64,000 nt of DNA from an uncultured Paraburkholderia sp. (GTDB lineage: Bacteria; Pseudomonadota; Gammaproteobacteria; Burkholderiales; Burkholderiaceae). The stretch spans positions 210,922-274,921 of the forward strand of contig CALNWN010000006.1 in assembly GCA_940746715.1 (NCBI GenBank), given 5' to 3'. The notes under the pieces were generated by a model that did not search any database, was not told the origin of the DNA, and saw nothing but the letters and a program-made list of their open reading frames with translations. This document shows, one piece after another, positions 26,742 to 37,884 of this stretch (within the stretch, counting starts at the first letter, position 1; each line of letters opens with the position of its first letter). A program made the position numbers and the translations under genes.

Positions 26742-28143
26742 TTACACCAGCCCCGTCGTGTAATAGACGGCGATAACGAAGAACACCGCCAGCGTCTTGA
26801 TGACGGTCACCGCGAAAATGTCGCGATACGACTGACGGTGCGTCAATCCGGTCACGGCCAGCAGCGTGATCACCGCGCCGTTATGCGGCAGCGTGTCCAT
26901 GCCGCCGCTTGCCATGGCGACCACGCGGTGCAGCACTTCCATTGGAATATGAGCGGCCTCGGCGCCCTTGATGAACACGTCCGACATGGCCGCGAGCGCG
27001 ATGCTCATGCCGCCTGACGCCAAGCCGGTAATGCCCGCCAGCGAACTCACCGACACCGCCGCGTTGACGAGCGGATTCGGGATGCTCTTCAGCGCGTCGC
27101 TGACCACGAGAAAGCCCGGCAATGCCGCGATGACGCCGCCGAAGCCATATTCCGACGCCGTATTTAGCGACGCCAGCAGCGCGCCCGCCACGGCAGCCTT
27201 GGTACCGATCGCAAAACGCTCGCGCACGCGGCCGAAGGCCGTCAGCACGACCATGACGATGCCGAGGAGCAGTGCGCCTTCGACAGCCCAGATGGCCACC
27301 ACGGTTTTGATCGTCGTGGTGAGCGGCGTGTAGAACGCCCGGCAGAATGTCCGGCGCGACGGTGTACGAAGCGCCGTAGGCGGTCGGAATCCAGCGCGTC
27401 AGCACGAAGTTCGCGACGCCCACCAGCACCAGCGGCGCGATGGCGAGCAACGGATGCGGCAGTTGCTTCGACTCGACGCGCTCCGGCTCGTTGACGAGTT
27501 CCGTGCCATAGCCTTCGCCGGCTGCCATCGCGGAGCGGCGGCGCCATTCCAGATAGCCGAGACCCACGACGATGATGAACAGCGAGCCCGCCACGCCGAG
27601 CGCGGGCGCGGCCCACGAGGTCGTCTTGAAGAACGTGGTCGGGATGATGTTCTGGATTTGCGGCGTGCCCGGCAGCGAATCCATGGTGAACGAGAACGCG
27701 CCGAGGGCGATCGCGCCGGGCATCAGGCGCTTCGGGATATTGCTCTGGCGATACAGCTCGGCGGCAAACGGATACACCGCGAACACGACCACGAACAGCG
27801 AGACGCCGCCGTAGGTGAGCAGCGCGCACACGGCGACGATCACCGCATTCGCGCGCGATCGGCCAATGTAGCGGATCGCGGCGGCCACGATCGACTCAGA
27901 GAAGCCGGACAGTTCGATAACCTTACCGAACACGGCGCCGAGCAGAAACACCGGGAAATACAGTTTGACGAAGCCGACCATCTTCTCCATGAAGATGCCG
28001 GTGAACACGGGCGCGACGGCGGCCGGATCGACCAGAAGGACGGCGGCGAGCGCGGCGATCGGCGCGAACAGAATGACGCTGTAGCCACGATACGCGGCGA
28101 ACATCAGAAACGCCAGCGCGGCAAGGACGATGACAAAGGACAT
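26742..28143 (-). pseudogene. GntP-family permease (hydroxybutyrate-permease-like), frameshift near 27320
   Basis: LFAPIAAL, LTYGGVSLFVV, LPGTPQIQNIIP, DTLPHNGAVITLL. Confidence 0.88.
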
Positions 28144-28214
28144 TGAGTCTCCAGAAGCTTGGTTTGTTCTAAGTGTACGCCATCTCCTCGTAGCGACGGC
28201 ATGGCGCCCGCGAA

Positions 28215-28230
28215 TGCAGGTTCCATGCCA
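28215..28230 (-). promoter_or_regulatory. Sigma-54 (-24/-12) promoter of the permease
   Basis: Minus strand TGGCATGGAACCTGCA versus consensus TGGCACGNNNNTTGCW; divergent sigma-54 activator next door. Confidence 0.7.
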
Positions 28231-28478
28231 TGCGGCTTGCAACGGCTCGCGCGCTGACGCGGCGGGCTTACGCCGCCAAAACCGGGAGACGCGGCGCCGC
28301 CGATTGTACCCAAACGTCTCCAAACGGGGATGCGAATTGCACAAAGTGTGGCTGACAGCAGCGCGAAAGCCTTGATGCAACGGGCTTGTCGCGGATCTCT
28401 CTATTGAGATAAGCTTGTCTCCAGACAGAGACAGAGACAGAGCGGCCACTAAAACGATAGCCCGGAGACAGCGACAAC

Positions 28479-29951
28479 ATGATGAACGACTGGGCGGGCC
28501 TTCCCGCCACCTACGGCGACGTGCTACGCCGCGCGATGGATTCCCTGTTTCACACGTTCGAAAACTTCAGCGAAGGCACGTTTATCGTCGACGCCGAAGC
28601 GCGCGTCGTGTGGATCAACAAGCGTTACGCGGCGCGCTTCGGCTTTGCCGACCCCGAGCAGGCAATCGGCCGCGATTGCGAAGCGGTGATTCCCAACAGC
28701 CTGATGCGCGAAGTCGTCAAAACGGGCAAGCCTATCCTGCTCGATATTCTGGAAACGGACCGCGAGCCGCTCGTCGTCACGCGTCTGCCGCTGAAGGACG
28801 ACGCCGGCGAGACCGTCGGCGCCGTCGGTTTCGCGCTGTTCGACGAGCTCAAGGCGCTGACGCCGCTGTTTTCCCACTATTCGCGCGTGCAGGAAGAATT
28901 GATCGCGACGCGTCAGTCGCTTGCGCAGGCGCGCCGGGCCAAATACACGTTCGGCAGCTTTGTCGGCACCAGCACGGCAAGCCTCGAAGTGAAGCGCCAG
29001 GCTCGCCGCGCGGCCCAGCTGGAGTCGCCGGTGCTGCTGCTCGGTGAAACGGGCACGGGCAAGGAACTGCTCGCGCACGCGATCCACGGCGGCTCCGCGC
29101 GCGCCAACCAGCCGCTCGTGACGGTGAACGTGGCGGCGATTCCGGACACCCTGCTCGAAGTCGAGTTCTTCGGCGCGGCGCCGGGCGCCTACACGGGCGC
29201 GGACCGCAAGGGGCGGGTCGGCAAGTTCGAGCTGGCGAACGGCGGCACGCTTTTCCTCGACGAGATCGGCGATATGCCGTTGCCTTTGCAGGGCAAGCTG
29301 CTGCGCGTGTTGCAGGACAAGGAGTTCGAGCCGCTCGGCTCGAACCGGATCGTGCGCGCGGATGTGCGGATCATCGCGGCCACCTCGGCAGATTTGCCGG
29401 CGCTCGTCGCCGCCGGACGTTTCCGCGCGGACCTGTTCTATCGCATGAACGTGCTGATGATCCACGCTCCGCCGCTGCGCGAGCGCGCTTCCGACATCGA
29501 GGCGCTCGCGTACGCCATGCTCGAGGATCTGTCGAGGCAGGTGCGCGGCGGCAGCCACTACGAATTGCAGGACGACGCGTTGCGGCTGCTCTGCTCGTAT
29601 GGCTAGCCAGGCAACGTACGCGAGTTGCGCAACACGCTGGAGCGCGCCGTGATGCTTTCCGACAGCGAGCGGATCGACGCGCGGGCGCTCGCGCCGTTCA
29701 TCGGTGCCGGGGCGAGCGGCGCGCCGGGCGCCAGCTTGCCGCCGCCGGACGGCAACGCGCAGGCCGCTGCCGAAGACGGGCAGGCGGCGCAGCCGTCGTC
29801 ATGGAGCGACGCGATGGCGGCTTTCGAAAAGCGCTTCCTGAGCGAGGCCCTGCGCGCGAACGGCGGGCGCGTGATCGAGACCGCCGCGCAAATCGGCATG
29901 GGCCGCGCGACGCTCTACAAGAAGATTGCGGCGCACGGCATCGAAGTTTGA
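28479..29951 (+). pseudogene. PAS-AAA+-Fis-HTH sigma-54 activator with in-frame TAG at 29604-29606
   Basis: [30 protein letters not shown], then YG*PGNVREL (Trp position) and the HTH in the same frame. Confidence 0.92.
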
Positions 29952-30063
29952 GACAAGCGCTCGTGCGGCGGCGGTCGCGGCGGCGCTTGCGTCAGATCAC
30001 GCAGCGTAATAGTCGCGTGGCACAATCGCGTGATCTAAAAACAAGACCTGATCGGGGTTTCAC

Positions 30064-30278
30064 ATGAACCGGAGCTTCTCTTTCCTGGCGCGCCGTACCT
30101 GCGCGATGCTGGCAGTTGCCGCCGGCGCGGCATTGGGCGGCTGCAGCAGCAGCGCGCCGCTCTTTCTGTCGGACGGCCGTCCGACCACGCTGGTGGAATG
30201 CCCGGCGGGTTCGACACCGTCCGCCGGTCCACAAGCAACGGCACCCTTAGCCTGATCTACGCCTGCTGGGCTAAATAA
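30064..30278 (+). pseudogene. Small lipoprotein with an internal deletion/frameshift
   Basis: Lipobox ALGGC; C-terminal LSLIYAC lies in another frame. Confidence 0.55.
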
Positions 30279-30725
30279 CTCGTTCCACGCGCCGCGCCAT
30301 CCTCGCGCGGCCGATATACACCCGCCTTCCTGATTCCGCGGAAAACTGCTTTCGAGAAGTGCGCTAGCGTCATAAATGGGTGCTTCTAATGCGGCCGCTC
30401 GCAGGAAGCGCGTAATGCACGCCGCACATCCAATTCGAGTTACCGGGATTTATTCCAGACGGATCGACATCGATAAAAAGTCGCTGTATTTTTTCGCACT
30501 GGAGTGAAGTCGGTGCGCCAGGTAACGGAACGTCAAATCCCGCGGCAGTATTCTATTTTCACAGGTTCGCTAGCGCATGCGACCAGCAGCTTTTGCCGAC
30601 AAGGAGGCCGGTAGGCAAAAGCGAGGAAGAAGTTGCCGACACAAAAAACGATGCGTTGAGAGCGGCACACATGTACTTTTCCGTTGCGTTTTGAATTAAG
30701 TCAACGAGTATTCCGGGGAAAAAGA

Positions 30726-30930
30726 ATGAATCACCACCAACTCGAAAAAGACATCCAGCATCTCGAACACGTCATTTCGCACATTTCCGCTGAAGACCGA
30801 ATCCCGCTGTCGTATTGGCGTAACCGCATCGATTCGGTTTCCGACGCCGTCCGCATGCCGACACAGGTCAATCGCATCAAACGTCTGAATGCCGCGCTCG
30901 CGGCGCTGGAAGAGCGGCAAAAGATTGACT
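30726..30930 (+). CDS. Small conserved-looking hypothetical protein (about 66 aa); stop apparently lost, reading into the next gene
   Basis: MNHHQLEKDIQHLEHVISHISAEDRIPLSYWRNRI...; ORF continues in frame into the hydrolase. Confidence 0.55.
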
Positions 30931-30998
30931 GCCGTCGCGGCCAAGGCTTTGCCTCATCATCTTCCCTCGACTACACCACGCCGGGACACACCATCGAC

Positions 30999-32091
30999 AT
31001 GCAAGCAGGATTTTCAGCGGCCCGGCTCGCGGCCTTGACGAGGACTTTGCAGGACTACGTCGAGCGCGGCGCAACCGGCTACTTCGAGGCGCTCGGCCTG
31101 CGCGACGAAGCCGCTCACTTGCCGATGGAGCGTGACACTCTGTTTCGCATTGCGTCGATGACAAAACCGGTGGCGAGCGCCGCCATCCTCATGCTCGTGG
31201 AAGAAGACCGGCTCGCGCTCGACATGCCGATCGCGCAGTGGCTGCCGGAGCTCGCCGCGCCGCGCGTGTTGCGCGATCCGGGCGGCCCGCTCGACGAGAC
31301 GGACCCGGTGCCACGCCGCTGACCGTGCTCGATCTGCTGACGCATCGCGCCGGCTTCGACGCGCGCGGCGACGTCGACGCGTGGCTTGCGCGCATCGCTG
31401 AATTGCCGTTGATGTTTCAGCCCGGCTCGCGCTGGCACTACGGCATCGCGACGGACGTGCTCGGCGCACTCATCACGCGAGTGAGCGGCATGTCGCTGGG
31501 CGACTTTTTTCGCACGCGGATTTTCGAGCCGCTCGGCATGCGCGACACCGCGTTCTGGGTGCCTGAGCCGCAGCTGCCGCGGCTCGCCACCGCTTATGGC
31601 GTCGATGCCGACACGCGGCGGCGCGTGGTGGAGGACCACGCGTCGGCGAGCCGTTGGGCGAATCCGGCGCGCTTCCAGAGGGGCGGCGGCGGGCTCGTGT
31701 CCACCGCGCAGGACTATCTGCAGTTCGCGCAGTTGCTATTGCGGCGTGGGCGCGTGGGCGACACGCGCTTGCTGTCGCATCGTTCGGTTGATCTCATGCG
31801 CTCGAACTTCCTGACGCGCGACCAGCGCCGCCTGCCGGCTTTCGGTCACGTGATGTGGGCGGGCCAGGGGTTCGCCTCGGCCTGTCTATCGTCGACGATC
31901 CGGCGCAGCAGTTGCCGCAAGGTTATCGCTCGATGGGCTCGTTCGGCTGGCCCGGCGCTTTCGGCACGAGCTGGTTCGCCGATCCGCTGGAAGATCTGAT
32001 CGGACTAATGCTGATCCAGCGCCGTTCCATTGAGCCGTTTCCGATGGCAGTCGACTTCGAGCGCCGCGTGTACGATGCCATCGATGATTGA
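30999..32091 (+). pseudogene. Serine hydrolase (class C beta-lactamase/EstB family), deleted and frameshifted
   Basis: FRIASMTK (SxxK), LLTHRAG, PGSRWHYG, GGGGLVSTAQDY, GSFGWPG. Confidence 0.88.
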
Positions 32092-32216
32092 ACGCGCGCG
32101 CCTCGCGTGTTCCGCCGCCCCTTCAGACAACGCGCGGTGATGGGCGCTCTATCCGGCGTTTTATTCGTCTTGTAGCGTTCGCACTTCGGTTCGCCACAAT
32201 CACTGGAGCATCTGTC

Positions 32217-32507
32217 ATGGCCTCATACAAGCAGTTGACCGCTCAGCTCGAGAAGCTTCACAAGGAGGTCGCAGCGGCTCGCGAAAAGGAGATCGCGCAA
32301 GCGATCGCCGACATCAGGCAGAAAATTGCCGAATACGATCTCACCGCCGAGGAACTCGGCTTTGCGAAAACTCGCCCGGCGGCGCGCAAAGGCGCGGCGG
32401 TCGCCAAGTATCGCAACCCGAAAACCGGCGAAACGTGGAGCGGCCGCGGCCGTTCGCCCGCGTGGCTCGCCGGCAAGAACCGCGAACGTTTTCTCATCGA
32501 TGCTTGA
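32217..32507 (+). CDS. hns: H-NS family nucleoid protein, intact
   Basis: KYRNPKTGETWSGRGRSPAW DNA-binding motif; 96 aa. Confidence 0.92.
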   Translation: MASYKQLTAQLEKLHKEVAAAREKEIAQAIADIRQKIAEYDLTAEELGFAKTRPAARKGAAVAKYRNPKTGETWSGRGRSPAWLAGKNRERFLIDA

Positions 32508-33124
32508 TGGGCGGCTGCCGCGCGCCTTTTTGCGCGCATCGCTTTGACGCGCATCTCTCAAGTGATGCAGCAGCGCGTTTTTTCGCACCGCTGCGCAGGT
32601 CCCGAAAACGCTCACCTTTGGATTCGATCCGCGCTGCCGGTGATTGATCTTGACGGACAACGCATGCGCTGCGCTTTGTTTCGGTGAGCCTGGCTTCGTC
32701 GCGGCGCGCACCCGCCGCACGGTGAGCGCGACCCACGACTCACGGCTCACCCATGCCGCGCAAACCCGCGCTAGCCTTGGCTGACGGGCATTCCCAGGCT
32801 GTACGAAGAATCGCGGGAAGCGTCACCGCGCTGAATTAATCTTTCCAGGATCGAAGCTGGCAACGGACCGACGCAGCGCTGTCGGTGCAACAAGCATCTC
32901 GCGGATGCTCACCTTTCGCTCTCCTGCACACCTCGCCGCGGCAAGTCCCGAAAACGCTCACCTTTGCGCGCGTCCCGGCCCGTCACAAAGCGCGCCTCTT
33001 ACTCGACTACTCCGGGGAAATCCGGAGTTGAGTTCGCCTCATACCCCGGATCAAAACTCATCGATACATGGTCGCGGACGCCGAACGCCACAATCGGTCA
33101 TCCACTTAACTCGACGGACAGACC

Positions 33125-33649
33125 ATGAGCGTATCGGCGGACAAACAACTTTTTATCGGCGAAGGATTCGAAAGCCCGGGCGTGAACCTCGCCCATATCA
33201 ACGTGCTGGTCGGCCCGCGCAACGGCCCCGCGGGCCAAGCTTTTGCGACGGCACTCGCGACGCCCTCGGCGGGACACGCGCCGTTCGTCGTGATCGCGCG
33301 CCCCGGCCTGCCCACCAAGCCGCTGACGCTCTACGTGAACAAGGCGCAAATCGGCAGCGAGTTCCACGGCAACGCGACGTGGGGCGCGTCGCAAGCCGGC
33401 ATCGCGAAGGCGGTGGCCGAGTCGCTGGAGAACGGCACGTTGCCGCCCGAAGCGGAGAACGATTGGGTGGTGGTGTCGGCGAACTGGGTCAACCCGGCTA
33501 TCGACGACCTCGACGCCGTCTTCGAAAACAACTACCGCGCGTGCAGAAACGCCATTCTCGCGGCGATGAAAGGCCTGCCGCATCGCGATGAAGTATTCGC
33601 GGCCGCGCGCGAGGTCTCGAATCCCTTCTACACACCGAAACAACGCTGA
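33125..33649 (+). CDS. fae: Formaldehyde-activating enzyme (Fae) family paralog, intact
   Basis: GEG..AHINVLVGPRNGP, KPLTLYVNKA, GASQAGIAKAV, NYRACRNAI and C-terminal NPF match the Fae layout. Confidence 0.85.
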   Translation: MSVSADKQLFIGEGFESPGVNLAHINVLVGPRNGPAGQAFATALATPSAGHAPFVVIARPGLPTKPLTLYVNKAQIGSEFHGNATWGASQAGIAKAVAESLENGTLPPEAENDWVVVSANWVNPAIDDLDAVFENNYRACRNAILAAMKGLPHRDEVFAAAREVSNPFYTPKQR

Positions 33650-33701
33650 TTGCGGCACCGCTCGCACGCAGCCGCATCCCATCTGCAAGGAGACAGGTTT
33701 C

Positions 33702-34739
33702 ATGGAATACGTTCGCCTCGGCCAATCCGGCCTGAAGGTTTCGCGCTTGTGCCTCGGCACCATGAATATGGGCACGCCGCAATGGAAGCCCTGGATTTTC
33801 GACGAAGCGCGCAGCGAACCGATTGTTCGCCACGCGCTCGAGGCCGGCGTCAATTTCATCGACCTCGCCGATTTTTATTCGACGGGTGTCGGCGAAGAAG
33901 TGGTGGGGCGCATCCTGAAGCGCCTCGCGCGCCGCGAGGAAATCGTGGTGACGACGAAAGTCGGTTATGACATGGGCGCCTATCAGAACGCGGGCGGCCA
34001 CTCGCGCAAGCACATCATGGACGGCATCGACGGGTCGCTCACGCGCCTCGGCATGGATTACGTCGACATCTACATGCTGCATTTCTTCGACGTGAACACG
34101 CCGGTCGAAGAAACCATGGGCGCGCTGAACGACATCGTGCATGCGGGCAAGGCGCGCTACATCGGCGTCTCGACCATGTACACCTGGCAGTTCGCGAAGA
34201 TCATGCAGGCCTGCGAGCGCAACGGCTGGCACAAGCCGATCAACATGCAGCTGCAGTTGAATCTCGCCTATCGCGAGGAAGAGCGCGAAATGATTCCGTA
34301 CTGCCAGGATCAGGGCGTCGGCGTCTCGGTGTTCAGTCCGCTTGCGCGCGGGCTGTTGACGAGCGACGCCCACTCGACGCGCAATCAGACCGACTTCTTC
34401 ACCGCGCAAATGTACGGCGATGGCGTGTCGCGCGAGATTGCGGCGTCAGTGGCGCGCGTGGCCGCGCAGCGCGGCGTGTCGCCCGCGCAGATTGCACAGG
34501 CGTGGGTGCTCGCGCATAAAGGCGTGGCCAGCATGCTGGTCGGGGCAGACACGCCCGCGCAATTCGACAGCGCCGTGGCCGCGCTCGGCACCGCGCTTTC
34601 CGACGACGAACTGTTCGAGCTCGAACGCAACTACACGCCGTGCGACCTGATCAACGATTACACCGCCGGCAAGCGCATTGCGCGCGAGCCTCGGCCGGCA
34701 CAAGGCGTGTTCGCCGGCCAACTGGAGGAAGCCGCATGA
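33702..34739 (+). CDS. Aldo/keto reductase (YajO-like), intact
   Basis: RLGQSGLKVSRLCLGTM; tetrad-like D/Y (DLADFY), K (TTKVG), H (MLHFFD); SPLARG. Confidence 0.92.
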   Translation: MEYVRLGQSGLKVSRLCLGTMNMGTPQWKPWIFDEARSEPIVRHALEAGVNFIDLADFYSTGVGEEVVGRILKRLARREEIVVTTKVGYDMGAYQNAGGHSRKHIMDGIDGSLTRLGMDYVDIYMLHFFDVNTPVEETMGALNDIVHAGKARYIGVSTMYTWQFAKIMQACERNGWHKPINMQLQLNLAYREEEREMIPYCQDQGVGVSVFSPLARGLLTSDAHSTRNQTDFFTAQMYGDGVSREIAASVARVAAQRGVSPAQIAQAWVLAHKGVASMLVGADTPAQFDSAVAALGTALSDDELFELERNYTPCDLINDYTAGKRIAREPRPAQGVFAGQLEEAA

Positions 34740-36169
34740 ACCCGTTTTTGCGGACCGGACATTACATCGGCGGCGAGTGGTATGACGGCGCGAGCACGTA
34801 TCCGGTGCTCAATCCGGCGACAGGCGAAGTGATCGCGCTAGTCGCAAAAGGCGGCGCGGCCGAGACGACGCAAGCCATTGCCGCGGCAGAGCGCGCTTTT
34901 CCCGCCTGGCGCTCCATGACCGCGAAGGAGCGCGGCGCGCGCGTCGGACGTTGGGGCGAGTCGATGCTCGGGCATCGCGATGCACTGGCCGAACTGTTGA
35001 CGCGCGAGCAGGGCAAGCCGCTTGCCGAGGCGCGCGGCGAGGTCGGCTATGCAGCAAGCTTTTTCGAATGGTTCGCGGAGGAAGCGAAGCGCGCGTATGG
35101 CGGCGTCATTCCGAGTCCGAATCCGAACGCGAAGATCATCGTGACGCGCGAACCCGTCGGCATGGTCGCGGCCATCACGCCGTGGAATTTCCCGCTCGCC
35201 ATGATCACACGCAAGGCCGGCCCCGCGCTCGCTGCTGGCTGCACGATGGTGCTCAAGCCCTCGGAAGAGACGCCGTTATCGGCGCTCGCCGTGCTGGCGG
35301 AGAAGGCGGGCATTCCACCGGGCGTGTTCAACATCGTTTCCGGCGATGTCGCTGCGATAGGCGGCGCGCTGACCGAATCGGACGTGGTGCGCAAGCTGTC
35401 GTTCACCGGCTCGACGCGCGTCGGCAAATTGCTTGCGAAGCAGTCGGCGGATACGTTGAAGAAGCTCTCGCTCGAATTGGGCGGCAACGCGCCGTTCATC
35501 GTTTTCGACGACGCGGACCTCGACGCCGCCGTGCAAGGCGCAATGGCTTCCAAGTTTCGCAACACCGGACAAACCTGCGTCTGCGTGAATCGCTTTTACG
35601 TGCAGGACGGCATTTACGACGCGTTCACGCAGGCGCTCGCCCAGGCCGCGCGCAAGATGCGCGTGGGCAACGCGCTGCAGGGCGATGTCGAACAAGGGCC
35701 GCTCATCCATCAGGCCGCGTTGGCGAAGGTGCAAGCGCATGTCGCGGACGCGTTGCAGAACGGCGCCCGGGCGCTGACCGGCGCTAGGCCGCATGCGTTA
35801 GGCGGCACCTTTTATGAACCGACGGTTCTCGTCGATGCAACGAGTTCGATGCTGATCGCGCAGGAGGAAACCTTCGGGCCGGTCGCTGCGTGCTTCCGCT
35901 TCAGAACCGAAGAAGAGGCGCTGGCCGCCGCGAACGCGACGCCGTTCGGGCTCTCCGCGTATTTTTACACGCGCGACCTGGCGCGCGCGTGGCGCGTGGG
36001 CGAAGCGCTGGAAAGCGGCATGGTGGGCATCAACGAAGGGATTCTGTCCACCGAAGTCGCGCCGTTCGGCGGCGTCAAGCAATCTGGCCTGGGGCGCGAA
36101 GGCTCGAAGTATGGGCTCGATGAGTACACCGAACTCAAGTACATGCTGATGGGCGGTTTGGGGCGTTGA
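34736..36169 (+). CDS. gabD: NAD(P)-dependent succinate-semialdehyde dehydrogenase family enzyme, intact
   Basis: ITPWNFP, SFTGST, LELGGNAP, NTGQTCVC, EETFGP, PFGGVKQSGLGREG. Confidence 0.9.
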   Translation: MNPFLRTGHYIGGEWYDGASTYPVLNPATGEVIALVAKGGAAETTQAIAAAERAFPAWRSMTAKERGARVGRWGESMLGHRDALAELLTREQGKPLAEARGEVGYAASFFEWFAEEAKRAYGGVIPSPNPNAKIIVTREPVGMVAAITPWNFPLAMITRKAGPALAAGCTMVLKPSEETPLSALAVLAEKAGIPPGVFNIVSGDVAAIGGALTESDVVRKLSFTGSTRVGKLLAKQSADTLKKLSLELGGNAPFIVFDDADLDAAVQGAMASKFRNTGQTCVCVNRFYVQDGIYDAFTQALAQAARKMRVGNALQGDVEQGPLIHQAALAKVQAHVADALQNGARALTGARPHALGGTFYEPTVLVDATSSMLIAQEETFGPVAACFRFRTEEEALAAANATPFGLSAYFYTRDLARAWRVGEALESGMVGINEGILSTEVAPFGGVKQSGLGREGSKYGLDEYTELKYMLMGGLGR

Positions 36170-36256
36170 GCGTCAGGCCGCGGGCCGGCGCTGCCACTGC
36201 CTGACGCAGCCGCGCGACGCCGGCCCACCCCGAACAAGACAAACACAGGAGACACC

Positions 36257-37638
36257 ATGAATAATCAGGATATCCAGGCAACTCATCTCGGACTCGCGCC
36301 CGCCTTCCCGGCGTCCGCGTCGCCCGCAAGGCAGCCCGTTTCCATCGACGACGTGCGGCTGAACGCATTCCACGTCAAGATTGCCGGCCTCACGTTCGGC
36401 GCCCACTTCACCGAAGGCTTCGCGCTCGGCACCATCGGCTATGCGCTCGCCGCGATGAACCGGCAGATGCCGCTTGACGCGTTCTGGATGGGCATGATCG
36501 GCAGTTCCGCGCTGATGGGTATTTTCGTCGGCAGCCTGGTGTTCGGCTGGCTGTCGGACCGGCTTGGCCGGCAGAAAATTTTCCTGATGAGCTTTCTCAT
36601 CATCACCGTGGCTGCCTTTGCGCAGTTCTATGTGCGCTCGCCTGTCGAGCTGTGTCTGCTGCGCGTGTTGATCGGCTTCGGCATGGGCGGCGACTTTGCG
36701 GTGGGCCACGCGATTCTCGCGGAATTCTCGCCGCGCAAGCATCGCGGCACATTGCTCGGCTCGTTCAGCGTCATCTGGACGATCGGCTACGTGGTCGCGA
36801 ATGTGCTCGGCATGCATTACGCCGACGCGTCGCCGGATGCATGGCGCTGGCTGCTCGCCTCGGCGGGCATTCCGGCCGTGATCGTGCTGGTCGCGCGCGT
36901 GGGCACGCCGGAGTCGCCGCGCTGGCTGCTCGGCAAGGGCGGATCGCTGAGGCGAAGTCGGTCGTCCTCAGGCACTTCGGCGAAAACGTCACGCTCGACG
37001 GCGGCCATGACGAACACGCGCAGACAGCGAGCGGGTTCATGCGTCTCTTCGAAAAAGACCTGATTCGCCGGACAATCTTCAACTGCGCGTTCTTCGTGTG
37101 CCTCGTCATTCCGTATTTCGCGATTTACACGTTCCTGCCGACCATACTGAAAGCGACTCACCTGAACAACGACTCCGGCGCGGATCTGCTGCTGAACGGT
37201 TTTCTGGTGCTTGGCGCGCTGATCGGCATCTGGCTCACGATCAAGCTGTCGCGGCGCGCCTTTCTGATCGGCTCGTTTGCCGTGACCTGCGTGTCGCTGA
37301 TTGCATTGAGCGCGCTGCCCGAGTCGGCCACGCTCGCCATGATCGTCGCGTTCGGCATTTTCACGCTGACCATGTCGGCATTCTCGAACCTGGTCGGCGT
37401 GTTCCCGCCCGAATGCTTTCCCACCGAAGTCCGCGCGTGCGGCGTCGGCCTCGCCATTGCGTGCAGCCGCCTCGGCTCGGCGGTGGGGACGTTCCTGCTG
37501 CCGCTCGGCATCGCCGGCCTCGGGTTTCACGTCACGATGATCGTGCTGGCGACCGTGCTGCTGGTCGGCATGATCGTTTCGATTGCGTGGGCGCCCGAAA
37601 CGAAGCACTTGACGCTCAATGAGGCGAGCGGCGGCTGA
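36257..37638 (+). pseudogene. MFS transporter (YaaU/YgcS-like), single frameshift near 36945
   Basis: SDRLGRQK, AEFSPRKHRG, GTPESPRWL, ECFPTEVRA, PETK. Confidence 0.88.
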
Positions 37639-37884
37639 GAAGTCTGCAGGCGCGGCTGGCGGCGGGTCGTGCCGAGCAGTCCCCGCGCCGCGCGCGCCGC
37701 GTGAATCAGGCTCTGATAGCCGCTTTTCTGCCGCCAGCCGCCCGCCCCGTCGCGGGCGGCTTTCCCACGTCCGACGCCGCGGCGTGTATCATTCGTTCCC
37801 TGCGCTGTTCTGCGCTGGCGATTATCCGTATTGTCGAACGTTCGTTCCCGACCTGTTTTCCGATGCGGCCCGGTTGCCATAGTG

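Noticed and set aside
32510-33120. Riboswitch or relic regulator gene upstream of fae
   Set aside because: I could not match a known aptamer consensus or recover a convincing HTH remnant in any frame; it needs an Infernal/tBLASTn search.
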